A DNA stretch of 64,000 bases, taken from an uncultured Puniceicoccaceae bacterium. Lineage in GTDB: Bacteria > Verrucomicrobiota > Verrucomicrobiia > Opitutales > Oceanipulchritudinaceae. Position numbers and translations under genes: made by a program. Within the stretch, counting starts at the first letter, position 1. Every line of letters begins with the position of its first letter. Below, one piece after another: positions 49,412 to 61,853 of the stretch. Below the pieces are notes generated by a model. The model was not told the DNA's origin, did no database searches, and saw only the letters and a program-made list of their open reading frames with translations. The stretch lies in NCBI GenBank assembly GCA_963933835.1, contig CAWVVV010000003.1, positions 1-64,000 of the forward strand, given 5' to 3'.

Positions 49412-50283
49412 GCAAAGCCCCGAAGAAAGCTGTCCTTTTCTACCGCACAATCGTTCTCTCCGATGTCCACCTCGGAGCGCCCGACTGCCAGATCGACAAG
49501 GTCAACCACTTCCTCAAACGCACTCATAGCGAAAAATTAATCCTCAATGGTGACATCATCGACAGCTGGTCGCTCGGACGTAGTGGCGGCTGGACCAAAA
49601 AGCACACGCGCTTTATCCAGATCGTGCTCAAGAAGCTCGAGAAGTTCAACGTCGAGATGATCTACTTGAGAGGCAACCATGACGACATCCTCGATCGCTA
49701 TATGCCACTCGATTTCGGGCGTTTCAGCATTGTCGATAAACACATCCATGAAGGACCGAAAGGGCGCTACCTCGTAGCTCACGGAGATGTCTTCGATGCC
49801 GTAACTAAAAACACAAAGATCATCGCTGTCATCGGTGACATCTGCTATCAGGGATTGCTGAGAATAAATCGCTTCTACGACCTCTACCGTAGCTGGCGGG
49901 GCAAAGAATTATTTTCCCTGAGCAAGGCAATCAAAGCTAAAACAAAGAAGATCGTAAACGTCATCTCTCGCTTTGAAAAAAATGTTGAGTCCTTCACACT
50001 AAAAGCGGGGTGCACCGGTTTTATCTGTGGGCATATCCATACCCCAGACGACAAACGAATCGGCTGTATCCACTACCTCAACAGTGGAGATTGGGTAGAG
50101 TCGAACAGCGCTCTCGTTGAGCATCTCGACGGACGCTGGGAAGTCATCAACTATGAGGATTTCCTCGTCGAAATGGCTCGAGTCGAGGCCCACCGAGAAG
50201 CTGAGGCTGAACATAAGCGCACACCCGTCGAAGAAGAGACCGACGAGGATGACAGCCCAGTGACCTCTTTGCCTGTTACCTAA
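49408..50283 (+). CDS. plcP: Metallophosphoesterase, PlcP-like phospholipase C (often annotated LpxH-like)
   Basis: RTIVLSDVHLG, GDIID.W, GNHD, HGD.FD, CGHIH and NSGDWVES..ALVEH.DG motifs; coupled to a GT4 gene. Confidence 0.7.
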   Translation: MSKAPKKAVLFYRTIVLSDVHLGAPDCQIDKVNHFLKRTHSEKLILNGDIIDSWSLGRSGGWTKKHTRFIQIVLKKLEKFNVEMIYLRGNHDDILDRYMPLDFGRFSIVDKHIHEGPKGRYLVAHGDVFDAVTKNTKIIAVIGDICYQGLLRINRFYDLYRSWRGKELFSLSKAIKAKTKKIVNVISRFEKNVESFTLKAGCTGFICGHIHTPDDKRIGCIHYLNSGDWVESNSALVEHLDGRWEVINYEDFLVEMARVEAHREAEAEHKRTPVEEETDEDDSPVTSLPVT

Positions 50284-50441
50284 GCCAAATAGGCGGCTTT
50301 TAGACCTAAATCGACAGCCTATGCGCCAGTCACGGTGCATGTCTTTCGCATAAGGCTTAATCCGGCCTTGTGCGACTGCTACACTTCCTCTCTCATCGCA
50401 TTTTTCCTACCGCTATAGTTTGTAACCAAATACTAGCCCTA

Positions 50442-51860
50442 ATGCCGCGCACCTACCGCCACACCAAGGTCATTTTCACGATTGGCCCAGCAACCACTGA
50501 CGAGGAAATCCTCGAAAAGCTCCTCAACGTGGGCGTCGACATCTGTCGTCTGAACATGGCCCACGCCTCCCACGAGTGGACTAAACAGACGATCGATACA
50601 GTGAATAAGGTCTGCCAAAAGACAGGCCGGCAAATCGCGTTCATGATGGACGTCAAAGGACCCGAAATCCGGACCGGAGACGTAGGCGAGGAGCTCCAAC
50701 TCATTGCCGGCGAGACTTTTGATCTCTTGATGGATCCCAAAGCTGCCGAAGAAGGCATCCGCGGAACAACGGTTAACTATCCAGGACTGAACAAGGACAT
50801 CAACGTCGATGACGTCATCCTCGTCGACAGTGGGCTGATCCGGATGAAAGTCATTGAAATCAATGACGAACGCGTCCGTTGCACCGTGGTCATTCCCGGC
50901 CCGATGGGCAATCGCCGCCACATCAACTTGCCTGGCATTAAGGTCAACCTACCCTGCCTGACCAAAAAAGACCGTGATGATATCATGTGTGGTATTGAAT
51001 GCGGCGTCGACTTTTTCGCCCTCAGTTTTGTTCGCGAGCCCGATGACCTCGATATCTTGCGCCGCTTCATCGCTGACAATGGAAGCGTAGCTAAGATCAT
51101 CGCGAAAATCGAAGACCAGACCGCGGTCAAGAATCTCGACGAAATCATACTCGCTTCAGATGGCCTCATGGTCGCTCGGGGTGATCTCGGTATTGAAATT
51201 CCATACGAGACACTCCCACTCGTGCAGCACCGCGCGGTAAAGACCTGCCTCGCGATGGGTAAACCGGTTATCATCGCGACGCACATGCTCGAAACGATGA
51301 TCACGAATCCGATGCCAAGTCGGGCAGAGATCACAGACGTCGCGACGGCCGTGCTTGAGCAGGCGGACTGTATTATGCTTTCGGGCGAAACCACCGTGGG
51401 CAAGTATCCGGGCGAGTGCGTTGATGTCTTTAACCGCGTCAGTCTAGCGATGGAGGGCCAGCGCGGTGATCCTTACAATACGGCTGTTAGCCTGAAGACT
51501 CCAAAGGCGATGCTACTGCGATCCGCAGTTGTACTAGCCTCTGAGATTCCGGATGCGGTCATCGTCGCTTTCACTAAAAGCGGTTATATCCCACAAATGT
51601 TGAGTGCTTTGCGTCCTCGCGGCACACCTGTCTTTGCTTTCACTGAAAGTGATCAGATCTTTAGGCACATGCTCCTTCTATGGGGCATCGAGCCATTCAA
51701 GGTCGAGTTCAGTGAAGATCCAGATGAGACGATCAACCGCGCCGTTGGTAAGCTCAAGGAGAAGGGCTGGATCACACAAAAGAGCCACCTCGTCGTCGTC
51801 ACCAACGTCCTCGTTAAGGATCGTGTCATCGACACGATTCAACTCAGGACAGTTGACTAA
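50442..51860 (+). CDS. pyk: Pyruvate kinase
   Basis: TKVIFTIGPA, DVKGPEIRTG, IIAKIE, MVARGDLG and MLSGET motifs. Confidence 0.96.
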   Translation: MPRTYRHTKVIFTIGPATTDEEILEKLLNVGVDICRLNMAHASHEWTKQTIDTVNKVCQKTGRQIAFMMDVKGPEIRTGDVGEELQLIAGETFDLLMDPKAAEEGIRGTTVNYPGLNKDINVDDVILVDSGLIRMKVIEINDERVRCTVVIPGPMGNRRHINLPGIKVNLPCLTKKDRDDIMCGIECGVDFFALSFVREPDDLDILRRFIADNGSVAKIIAKIEDQTAVKNLDEIILASDGLMVARGDLGIEIPYETLPLVQHRAVKTCLAMGKPVIIATHMLETMITNPMPSRAEITDVATAVLEQADCIMLSGETTVGKYPGECVDVFNRVSLAMEGQRGDPYNTAVSLKTPKAMLLRSAVVLASEIPDAVIVAFTKSGYIPQMLSALRPRGTPVFAFTESDQIFRHMLLLWGIEPFKVEFSEDPDETINRAVGKLKEKGWITQKSHLVVVTNVLVKDRVIDTIQLRTVD

Positions 51861-51863
51861 AGG

Positions 51864-52490
51864 TTAGCGGGTTAAGAGGTCTACTCGTCCTTGCTCATTT
51901 TCGAATTCAACGAGATGAGCAGTGATGCTCTGCTGCGAAAGATTTCCAAAACGCTCCACATTTGACCGATGGGCTTTCAGCGCTTCAGCCATGGCTGAAG
52001 CCGCAGCTTGTTTTGTGGGCGCGCAGACTTGGATACCTGCCTCTGGGCTGAATTGATGGTATCCCTCAGACGACTTCCACTCGAGGCAGAATACACGTAA
52101 GACGCACTCTTCGAGAACCCGGACATAGGGCTCTTCCAGAAGCTTCCAAACCGTTTCTCTAAGCAACTGAGGATTAACCGGCTTTGCGATGGCCTCATTT
52201 GCCCCCGCCCGAATAACTTGGGTGGTTAGAGCCAAGTCCATTGAACTGCTCAACACGATGATGGGGAGGGTGTGAGCGTCGGTCGTTTTACGGATGCGTT
52301 CGATCAACCCAAAGGCGTCCTTGTCGCCCAGATAGTAATCAAAAATGAGCAAGCCAAAGCTCTCTTCTTTGAGTAGAGTGATGGCATCCGCCTCATTTGT
52401 CACCGTCTCAACAGGGCATACGGATTTTAGAAAACGCCGCATTATCACCTGCGAAGCTAGGCTGTCTTCGACATAGAGTACCTTCTTCAT
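51864..52490 (-). CDS. Response regulator with a short uncharacterised C-terminal domain
   Basis: VLYVEDS, LLIFD, IIVLSS and AKP receiver motifs. Confidence 0.82.
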   Translation of the reverse strand: MKKVLYVEDSLASQVIMRRFLKSVCPVETVTNEADAITLLKEESFGLLIFDYYLGDKDAFGLIERIRKTTDAHTLPIIVLSSSMDLALTTQVIRAGANEAIAKPVNPQLLRETVWKLLEEPYVRVLEECVLRVFCLEWKSSEGYHQFSPEAGIQVCAPTKQAAASAMAEALKAHRSNVERFGNLSQQSITAHLVEFENEQGRVDLLTR

Positions 52491-52575
52491 TTTCTGAGCT
52501 GTTGAATAGAGGGGATTGTAAACCTGAGGTCCGATAAAGACACCCCTCTATAAATCGGACAAAACAGCGGCTAAT

Positions 52576-55243
<2,668 letters not shown>

Positions 55244-55467
55244 GAAAACAGCCATCGGGTGATTTTGGATTAAGTCCTCATCTAGAGTGCTCAACTTTAC
55301 TACGCTCCAATGCCACCCGATACGCAGTCCTCGCTCTCTCCGGCAAAACCCAAGCTGGCGGGGGCACTCTGATGGGCGTCTTTGTCAACAATGTGCGCAG
55401 CGATATCACCCGCAATGGCCGCTCCATCGACAGCCCAAGTATGGACATGGAAATCCGCGACATTGCG

Positions 55468-55625
55468 CGCTTAACCTCGTCCTCGACTTTGACTTCATCG
55501 AAGAAGGCGCCGCTCGTGGCGCGCCAAAATACATGGAGTGGTATGCCGCCTTCGGTCTGCTCGTCACCCTCATTTGGCTTTACATCGAGATCCTAAGACT
55601 TCTCGCAAAGCTTCGGGGTAAATAG
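55468..55625 (+). pseudogene. C-terminal fragment of a Bax inhibitor-1/YccA-family membrane protein
   Basis: LNLVLDFDFIEEG...APKYMEWYAAFGLLVTLIWLYIEILRLL; the upstream sequence is unrelated. Confidence 0.8.
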
Positions 55626-55626
55626 C

Positions 55627-56166
55627 CTACTCGATACGATCGGGATCGCTTTCATCTTCATCCTCATCGACTTCATCCTCACCCGAAAAGAGATCGATGA
55701 AGCCTTCTGGCATGTCCAACGCAACTGGATCGAGCGCTTGGATGATCGTCTCCTGCAGGCCTGCTAGAAAGAGGAAACACAAATACGAGATGCGAAGCGA
55801 CTCCTCCATCTCGTCGTATGGAAGAAGACTCCCCTCTAGTTCTTCATCACTGATTGATCCTAAATTCAAACGTCGTATCCCAAGCCGCGACGCCGAGATT
55901 GCCCGAACGAGCTTTTCTGCCTCCTCCTCTTCAAAAGAAACTTCACCCTTACCGAAGTCAGGATGACTGAGGAGTCGATCTAATGCATGGAGATCTTCGA
56001 GCAGTTGCTCTTTCAGTTCTTCCGACCACAGCTCGATCATATCGGGGTCATCTGGAAGTTCGACGGCACGCGGCAAGTCGCCATCCAGCTTCGTTTCAAT
56101 CCCTTTGAGGACGACCGCGAACAGCTCACCAAACTCTTCGCCCATTTCGATCTGCAAAATGATCAT
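55627..56166 (-). CDS. DUF2017-like acidic protein, ClpS-associated
   Basis: Overlaps the clpS stop (ATGA), which is the usual clpS neighbour arrangement. Confidence 0.65.
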   Translation of the reverse strand: MIILQIEMGEEFGELFAVVLKGIETKLDGDLPRAVELPDDPDMIELWSEELKEQLLEDLHALDRLLSHPDFGKGEVSFEEEEAEKLVRAISASRLGIRRLNLGSISDEELEGSLLPYDEMEESLRISYLCFLFLAGLQETIIQALDPVALDMPEGFIDLFSGEDEVDEDEDESDPDRIE

Positions 56167-56498
56167 GACAAAGCGGGTTCCAGTTTAGCCAAGAGCTGCC
56201 AGCCCTGCAAAGTGTGGGTATAGGCCTCGGCTTGCTCTTTTGGCCCCAGCCAGACGACTGAGCGGCCTTCTTGGTGGACCTCGAGCATATGCTTGCGCGC
56301 CTTTTCCGGTGAGAAACCAAAGACCTTGCGAAAAACCATCACGACGTAGCTCATCAAGTTGACCGGATCATTCAGCACCACTACTTGCCAGCCCGGATCC
56401 TTCTCCGTGCTCGTCTGTGTGCTTTTCGTCGGCTGTAAATCGGCCCCCATTGCCCCACTATCCAATCCGCTCTCCTCGCGCATGCAACCATTTCGCAA
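56163..56498 (-). CDS. clpS: Clp protease adaptor ClpS
   Basis: WQVVVLNDPVNLMSYV and MLEVHQEGRSVV motifs; start uncertain. Confidence 0.92.
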   Translation of the reverse strand: MRNGCMREESGLDSGAMGADLQPTKSTQTSTEKDPGWQVVVLNDPVNLMSYVVMVFRKVFGFSPEKARKHMLEVHQEGRSVVWLGPKEQAEAYTHTLQGWQLLAKLEPALS

Positions 56499-56516
56499 AA
56501 CTCGGCCTATTCGACC

Positions 56517-58199
56517 TTATGCGGTCGGTGACAAAGCGCTGAGCTGATAAATGCTGTCCTTCAAGCCACCAAGGCGACTGCGAGCCAACCAGACGCGCTT
56601 GTAGTCGGCTAGTAAATCAGCGTAATCAAGACTGTCAGCTTGAGGATCAGATCCCGACTTCAATCCTAGGCATCGCATCGCGGTGGCTTCGAGGAGTCTG
56701 ATTGCTAGGCACATCTCATCGAGCAGGCGGTGTATTTCCGCATCACCCACATCAGCTGATTTCAATTTCTCGCGACAGGCAGTGCACCTTTCCAAGATCG
56801 CTTTCAGGCAATCTGAGCTGCATGACTGAAGGTGCTTCTGCAGCTCTTCCAATGGAAGACGCAGACTGGCACTGAGAAAGCTCTGATTCAGAATCTTGAC
56901 GGGTATGAGCTCCTCAATATCAGCCAAATCCAAAAGAACACTGGAAGCTTGCACTTCAGTCTCCCCAAAAAAGAACCTGTCTAATTTATCCACCAAGGCG
57001 GTGGGCTCGAAAGCGGCAGCGTTCCAGGCGCAGAGCCCCGCAGTTACCATGCCCGGCAAGCTAAATACCCAAGGCTGCATGTGGCCATTATCACCCCAAT
57101 GTGTCATGAGAAAACCAGACGCACCATTCTTAAGGCCCGCGGCAGCGGCGGCTTGGACATTGGTGATCATGTTACGATGCCGACCCGTAAAACTATTCCA
57201 CGTCGAATCCCCCGGAGCGACGTAGTAAGGACATCCCAGCTGTGAGAGAATGGCTGCTTGCTGATCAAAGGGATGGTCTCCTTCGTAGCCCCAGAGAATG
57301 GGTGTGACCGAATCAGGCAGCTCCTCGATAAACTCTGGATGTTCCAGCAAGACATCTGCCCAGACCATCGGGCGAACATCATGCTTTTCAGCAAGCTCAC
57401 AAATTCGCTTGAGGTAATCCGCGTAGACGGCGTGCTTTCCCCGTTCGTTGACCTGCTCTTCACTCCAGCCCTGACCTAGGTCCCACGGTTCATCTCCGCC
57501 GATGTTAAACCGATCACTCGAAAAACGAGGAAGGAGCTCAGTATAGAGCCCATCAAGAAAACTGAGACTCTCGTCATTAGGTTTCAATACACTGCCATAG
57601 GGCTTCCGACCGCTCAGTGGATGAATAAAGCCATCCGGGCACTCGGCTAAGTGATGATATTCCGCATGTTTGAGCCAACGCTCCATATGCCCAAAGGAAT
57701 TCTGATTCGGCACGAGTTCGATAAAGCGCTCACGACAATACGCGTCGAGCGCCTCGATTTCATCTCCCGTCAACGGCGAAGCCTCAGTCCACACCGTCTC
57801 ATGTTTTGAATACGCGAAGGCGTGCTCAGTGTAGAGCTGAAGCTCGTTATAGCGCAGGCGGGCCAAACAGTCCACAAGGTGAAACAAGTGCTCCATCGTC
57901 GGCACTCGATCCCGTGAAATATCAAGCATGTAGCCGCGATGCAAAAAGTCCGGCTGATCCCTAATCAAGCAAAACGGCAAGCCTTCCTCGCCTGACTGTT
58001 CTTTGATCTGCTCCAGCATTTGCTCAGCGTAGAAGAGACCTGCATCGTCGCCTCCATCGAGAACGATGCGACCATCCAAAATCTCGATCTGATAACTTTG
58101 CGGCGGGATATGATCATAGAGGGAGAAGTTTGGTTCCACCGTAGGGGCACAGTAACCTTCTCTCTTTCCAGCGTATTTGGGCTTTGGGATTAGCTTCAC
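56517..58199 (-). CDS. GH20 beta-N-acetylhexosaminidase (no signal peptide)
   Basis: RGYMLDISR, PNQNSFGH, NIGGDE catalytic pair and T.WGD.GH motif. Confidence 0.9.
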   Translation of the reverse strand: MKLIPKPKYAGKREGYCAPTVEPNFSLYDHIPPQSYQIEILDGRIVLDGGDDAGLFYAEQMLEQIKEQSGEEGLPFCLIRDQPDFLHRGYMLDISRDRVPTMEHLFHLVDCLARLRYNELQLYTEHAFAYSKHETVWTEASPLTGDEIEALDAYCRERFIELVPNQNSFGHMERWLKHAEYHHLAECPDGFIHPLSGRKPYGSVLKPNDESLSFLDGLYTELLPRFSSDRFNIGGDEPWDLGQGWSEEQVNERGKHAVYADYLKRICELAEKHDVRPMVWADVLLEHPEFIEELPDSVTPILWGYEGDHPFDQQAAILSQLGCPYYVAPGDSTWNSFTGRHRNMITNVQAAAAAGLKNGASGFLMTHWGDNGHMQPWVFSLPGMVTAGLCAWNAAAFEPTALVDKLDRFFFGETEVQASSVLLDLADIEELIPVKILNQSFLSASLRLPLEELQKHLQSCSSDCLKAILERCTACREKLKSADVGDAEIHRLLDEMCLAIRLLEATAMRCLGLKSGSDPQADSLDYADLLADYKRVWLARSRLGGLKDSIYQLSALSPTA

Positions 58200-59707
58200 G
58201 CCTGTGGCTCCTTTTTAGTTACTAATGCCCCAACCCCGACAGTTGTCGCGACACCGACCATCATCGGCCACTGCCAAGCAAGTGAAATGACTTCCAATTT
58301 CACCAAGCCGAGCAGCCCTGCGGTCGTGAAGCTGCCTAGAAGCATTGCGACGAGGTTCCACTTATCTCGACCACGTTTCGTAAGCATACCGAGGAGGAAC
58401 ACGCCTAAAAGGCCGCTGTAGGTGACGGTTGAAACTTGAAAAGCGAGCCATAGGAATTCGCCGCCACTGACGCGCTGGACACGTTCAAGCTGCCAAGCGA
58501 TCAAGCCGAGAACGAGGGCCACTACGACCATCATAAAACGCGTGAGCCAGACCATCCCTCGCTCCGTCACCCGACCCTTAACGAATGGCTTGTAAAGATC
58601 TACAACAACGGATGACCCCAACGCCGCCATCGCACTATCGAGGCTACTCATCGCTGCGGCTAGCACGCCGCAGAGGAGCAGACCACGCAATCCAGCCGGC
58701 AAGACCGTCGAAATAAAGTGTGGGAACACCTTATCCGACATTACCACTGCTTCGCCATTAATGAGCTGTGTGGGTAGGTTCGGATCCAGAAAGGTCGTAT
58801 AGTAAACATACAGCCCTACACCGATGAGAAGAAAAAGGGCCGCCACAGGAATCGAAGCAATGCCACTTAGAATCACACTGCGCTTCGCTTCCTTCAATTT
58901 ACGGCAAGTCAGCATACGCTGGGTGAAATCGTGATCAGTGCCCTGCATCGCAACCGTATTCACAAACCCAAACATTACCGCCAAAGCAAAGACATTAGAG
59001 TCCAGGAACCAACCGGTTGCTAAGTTCCCCTTATCAGGCACGAAGTTAAAGACATCGAGGCGCCCCGCCGAAGAGCCAACCGCTAGGATCGTCCCCCATC
59101 CAACGGTCAACTGTAGGAAGACGAGCATCGTCAACCCTGCCGCAAGAAAGACAACAGCCTGCACACAGTCAGTCGCGATCACTGCCTTAATCCCACCCGC
59201 ACTGGTGTAGACGAGACATATCAAGGTAAAGCCTACCATAGCGACCCCGAATGGGAGTCCAAGAATCACATGCAGGCCCGTCGCCGCGATCATTAGGCGC
59301 ACGCCTGAAGCCGTGAACCTCGAAAGCAAAAAGAACACTGCCGCCGTCCGATGACTTGTTCCCCCGAAGCGGTGCGCGAGGTATTCATAAATGGATACGA
59401 CCTTAAGCTCGTAGAATACCTTTAAGAAAACGAGCGCGATGAAAACCCGCCCCAAAAACGATCCAATCCCAAATTGAAGGTAGTGAAGGTTACTTGAATA
59501 CCCAACCCCTGGAGTAGCGAGGAAGGTTGCTGCACTGATCTCCGTCGCAATAAGCGATCCGAGCACTGCGAGCCAAGGCGTCTGCCGTCCGCCAAGCATA
59601 AACCCTTCGGTTGTCTCTTCTCTTCGACCAAACCATAGGCCGACGCCGAGAACCGCCACAAAATAGAGCGAAACAATCAGGTAGTCGATGAAAGTGAGGG
59701 TAAGCAT
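58196..59707 (-). CDS. Sodium:solute symporter (SSS), probable amino-sugar importer
   Basis: SLIATEISAATFL, GGIKAVI.TD, QRML and AAAMSSLDS motifs. Confidence 0.9.
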   Translation of the reverse strand: MLTLTFIDYLIVSLYFVAVLGVGLWFGRREETTEGFMLGGRQTPWLAVLGSLIATEISAATFLATPGVGYSSNLHYLQFGIGSFLGRVFIALVFLKVFYELKVVSIYEYLAHRFGGTSHRTAAVFFLLSRFTASGVRLMIAATGLHVILGLPFGVAMVGFTLICLVYTSAGGIKAVIATDCVQAVVFLAAGLTMLVFLQLTVGWGTILAVGSSAGRLDVFNFVPDKGNLATGWFLDSNVFALAVMFGFVNTVAMQGTDHDFTQRMLTCRKLKEAKRSVILSGIASIPVAALFLLIGVGLYVYYTTFLDPNLPTQLINGEAVVMSDKVFPHFISTVLPAGLRGLLLCGVLAAAMSSLDSAMAALGSSVVVDLYKPFVKGRVTERGMVWLTRFMMVVVALVLGLIAWQLERVQRVSGGEFLWLAFQVSTVTYSGLLGVFLLGMLTKRGRDKWNLVAMLLGSFTTAGLLGLVKLEVISLAWQWPMMVGVATTVGVGALVTKKEPQA

Positions 59708-59725
59708 CTGAAATCGAGTGAAATT

Positions 59726-61264
59726 TTAACTACGCAGCGCGGCGAGCGTTTTCAGCACAATGGGCTCATCAGGAGCGAGCTGCTCCCGCTGCCGAAAGAG
59801 CTCCTCACACACCGCAGTATAATCAAGCTCACCACCCACCGAGCAACGAAACAGGGTTTGCACATAGCGAATTGAGCGGTCGATCAGCTTATTATTACTC
59901 GGTTTCACGTAGGTCATGAGGTTGCCTTCGTAACGGCCAAGGCGCCCCATCACTAGAGTTGAATGCGCATTGAGAAGCATCTTAAGAAGAATCTGCCGCT
60001 CAAGCATCGGAATGCCGGCAGGTATTGCCGTCGCTTCCAACTCGCCGAATGACCATGTAATCGCGCCCGCCGTCTCCTCGATCCTAAAGCGGTGGAGACC
60101 GGCCTGACCACAAGATCGCTGGCGATTACCTTCAGCCTGAGCACTGATGTCATAACGCATCAAATGCTCACGACGCGTCACGGGAAGATCCGTCGGCCAT
60201 TCCAAACATCTCGGGTCACGCTTTAGAAGTCGATTCCAGGCACTCTCCACTGTCGCAGCGCTAGGCAACCGAAGATAACACAGGCTCAACGGCTCCGACG
60301 TTTCACCGTCTTCATAACTCTCGAAAATCGAAAGGGAAAAGGTCGGCGCGCGTTCGGTCGTATCGGTCAATACGCTCACGCCAAAAGTTTCAGTTTCGTA
60401 GAGCACTCGGTCACCCTGCGTGTAGAGCCGTGCCTCGCGCTCGATGAAGGGCGACATAAATTCCCACGAAACCTTTGCGAGGCTCCGCCTGAAGGCAGCG
60501 AGACGCTCCGAAAGATCCCCACCCTTCGCGGCGACTTCGAGCGCCAAACCGATTCCATACTCTAGCACGGTACTTGCCTGCATCCGCGTGCTGCCGGCAA
60601 TCGCCATTGGCCCGACGGCTAAATTCCATTTTTTAATCGTCGGGCTTTGGATCACACGCTGGGACCTCTCTACTCGTTCGCATAGCACTTCATCCGGATT
60701 GCAATAGACAAACCAAGGGGCCCGCTCACTGATCCGTGCCGCCTCCTCCGTCGCACCGATCACCCAAGGGGTTTCGCCGCCTTCCGTCGAAGCCATGAGT
60801 AAGTCCTTCGAACCAAAGCCCAACTCACGTAACTGCCGCGCCCCATACTCTGGAAAATCTTCAAAGCCTTCAATTGAGCGGATGAGTGCTGAGTCTCCAC
60901 CCGCCATAAAACCAATCACGCGTTCCTGCAGTTCCTCTGGGACAAGTCCCTCTCGACAAAACACTTCAAGCGAAAGTGAAAGACGCCCCGTTGCACCACA
61001 CCCGGCCAAGAATACGCGCCCTCCCTTGGCCCAAGTCTCAGTTACTTCAGTCACTAGCTGAATAGCAGGGTCGAGCTTATTAGCCATTTCTTTCAGAGCC
61101 TGCTCATCCACGGCCTTCAGCACACCAACGGCTCTCGACAACTCTTTCTGACACAACTCTGACAGCTGAACGGTTAAAGGATGCGCCTGCTCAGTATCTA
61201 GGCCTCCCAATTGAAAATCGGCGGCACACGCGAGGAACTCATCTGCTGTATCGGCCGTCTTCAT
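59726..61264 (-). CDS. Extended MurQ-like / GCKR-like SIS-domain protein
   Basis: LDTEQAHP, GCGATGRL, AGGDSALIRSIEGFED, GSTRMQA and KMLLNAHST.VM..LGR..GNLM..VKPSN.KL.DR motifs. Confidence 0.78.
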   Translation of the reverse strand: MKTADTADEFLACAADFQLGGLDTEQAHPLTVQLSELCQKELSRAVGVLKAVDEQALKEMANKLDPAIQLVTEVTETWAKGGRVFLAGCGATGRLSLSLEVFCREGLVPEELQERVIGFMAGGDSALIRSIEGFEDFPEYGARQLRELGFGSKDLLMASTEGGETPWVIGATEEAARISERAPWFVYCNPDEVLCERVERSQRVIQSPTIKKWNLAVGPMAIAGSTRMQASTVLEYGIGLALEVAAKGGDLSERLAAFRRSLAKVSWEFMSPFIEREARLYTQGDRVLYETETFGVSVLTDTTERAPTFSLSIFESYEDGETSEPLSLCYLRLPSAATVESAWNRLLKRDPRCLEWPTDLPVTRREHLMRYDISAQAEGNRQRSCGQAGLHRFRIEETAGAITWSFGELEATAIPAGIPMLERQILLKMLLNAHSTLVMGRLGRYEGNLMTYVKPSNNKLIDRSIRYVQTLFRCSVGGELDYTAVCEELFRQREQLAPDEPIVLKTLAALRS

Positions 61265-61327
61265 GCTTCATCATGAAGAAGGGCTTTCGGACGAAAGCGA
61301 TTTGATTTTTCATGCAATCAAACAAAT

Positions 61328-61352
61328 GCCCCGCCGAATTTCTCCGACGGGG
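61328..61352 (-). terminator. Hairpin, probable terminator
   Basis: Minus strand CCCCGTCGGA-GAAA-TTCGGCGGGG followed by CATTTGTTTG (weak U-tract). Confidence 0.55.
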
Positions 61353-61457
61353 ATTATGCTGTAAGACTTCCAAGCCAGTGAATCAGGTTCTAAACACTTT
61401 GCCCGAATACAGTTCACTTAGGACAAATTGGAAGTCATTTACTTCCTGTATAGGCAG

Positions 61458-61814
61458 CTATCGATAGACAGAGAGAAGAAGCGGGATTAACCCAATGGCG
61501 AGAGCAACAAGCAGAGCAATCCACCCGAGAGTGTGTTTAATCGATAGGATCGCACGTTTCACCCAACTCCAATGTAGTGCGAGATACAGAACCACTAAAA
61601 CCGACATTAGCAGTCCAATATAGAAATGAAAGTCACCCCATCCATGCCGACTCATACCTAGCATCATTAAGCCCTTGCCTCCGTCTTGACCGGGGGGAAG
61701 TCGATAAACAAGCGCCAAGCCTGTCCCGAGCATAAATGTGCTCCCGCAAACCAAGGTATAGTTTATCATCCGAGGCAGCCAAAGTCTGTTAAAGTTACCC
61801 ATGAGTGAAAGCAT
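61458..61814 (-). CDS. DUF4405-like small membrane protein
   Basis: LGMSRHGWGDFHFYIG...LALHWSW motif; three TM helices. Confidence 0.75.
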   Translation of the reverse strand: MLSLMGNFNRLWLPRMINYTLVCGSTFMLGTGLALVYRLPPGQDGGKGLMMLGMSRHGWGDFHFYIGLLMSVLVVLYLALHWSWVKRAILSIKHTLGWIALLVALAIGLIPLLLSVYR

Positions 61815-61853
61815 AGGCCGGTATCCAATATAGTCAGACTAAAACCAGCCTTC

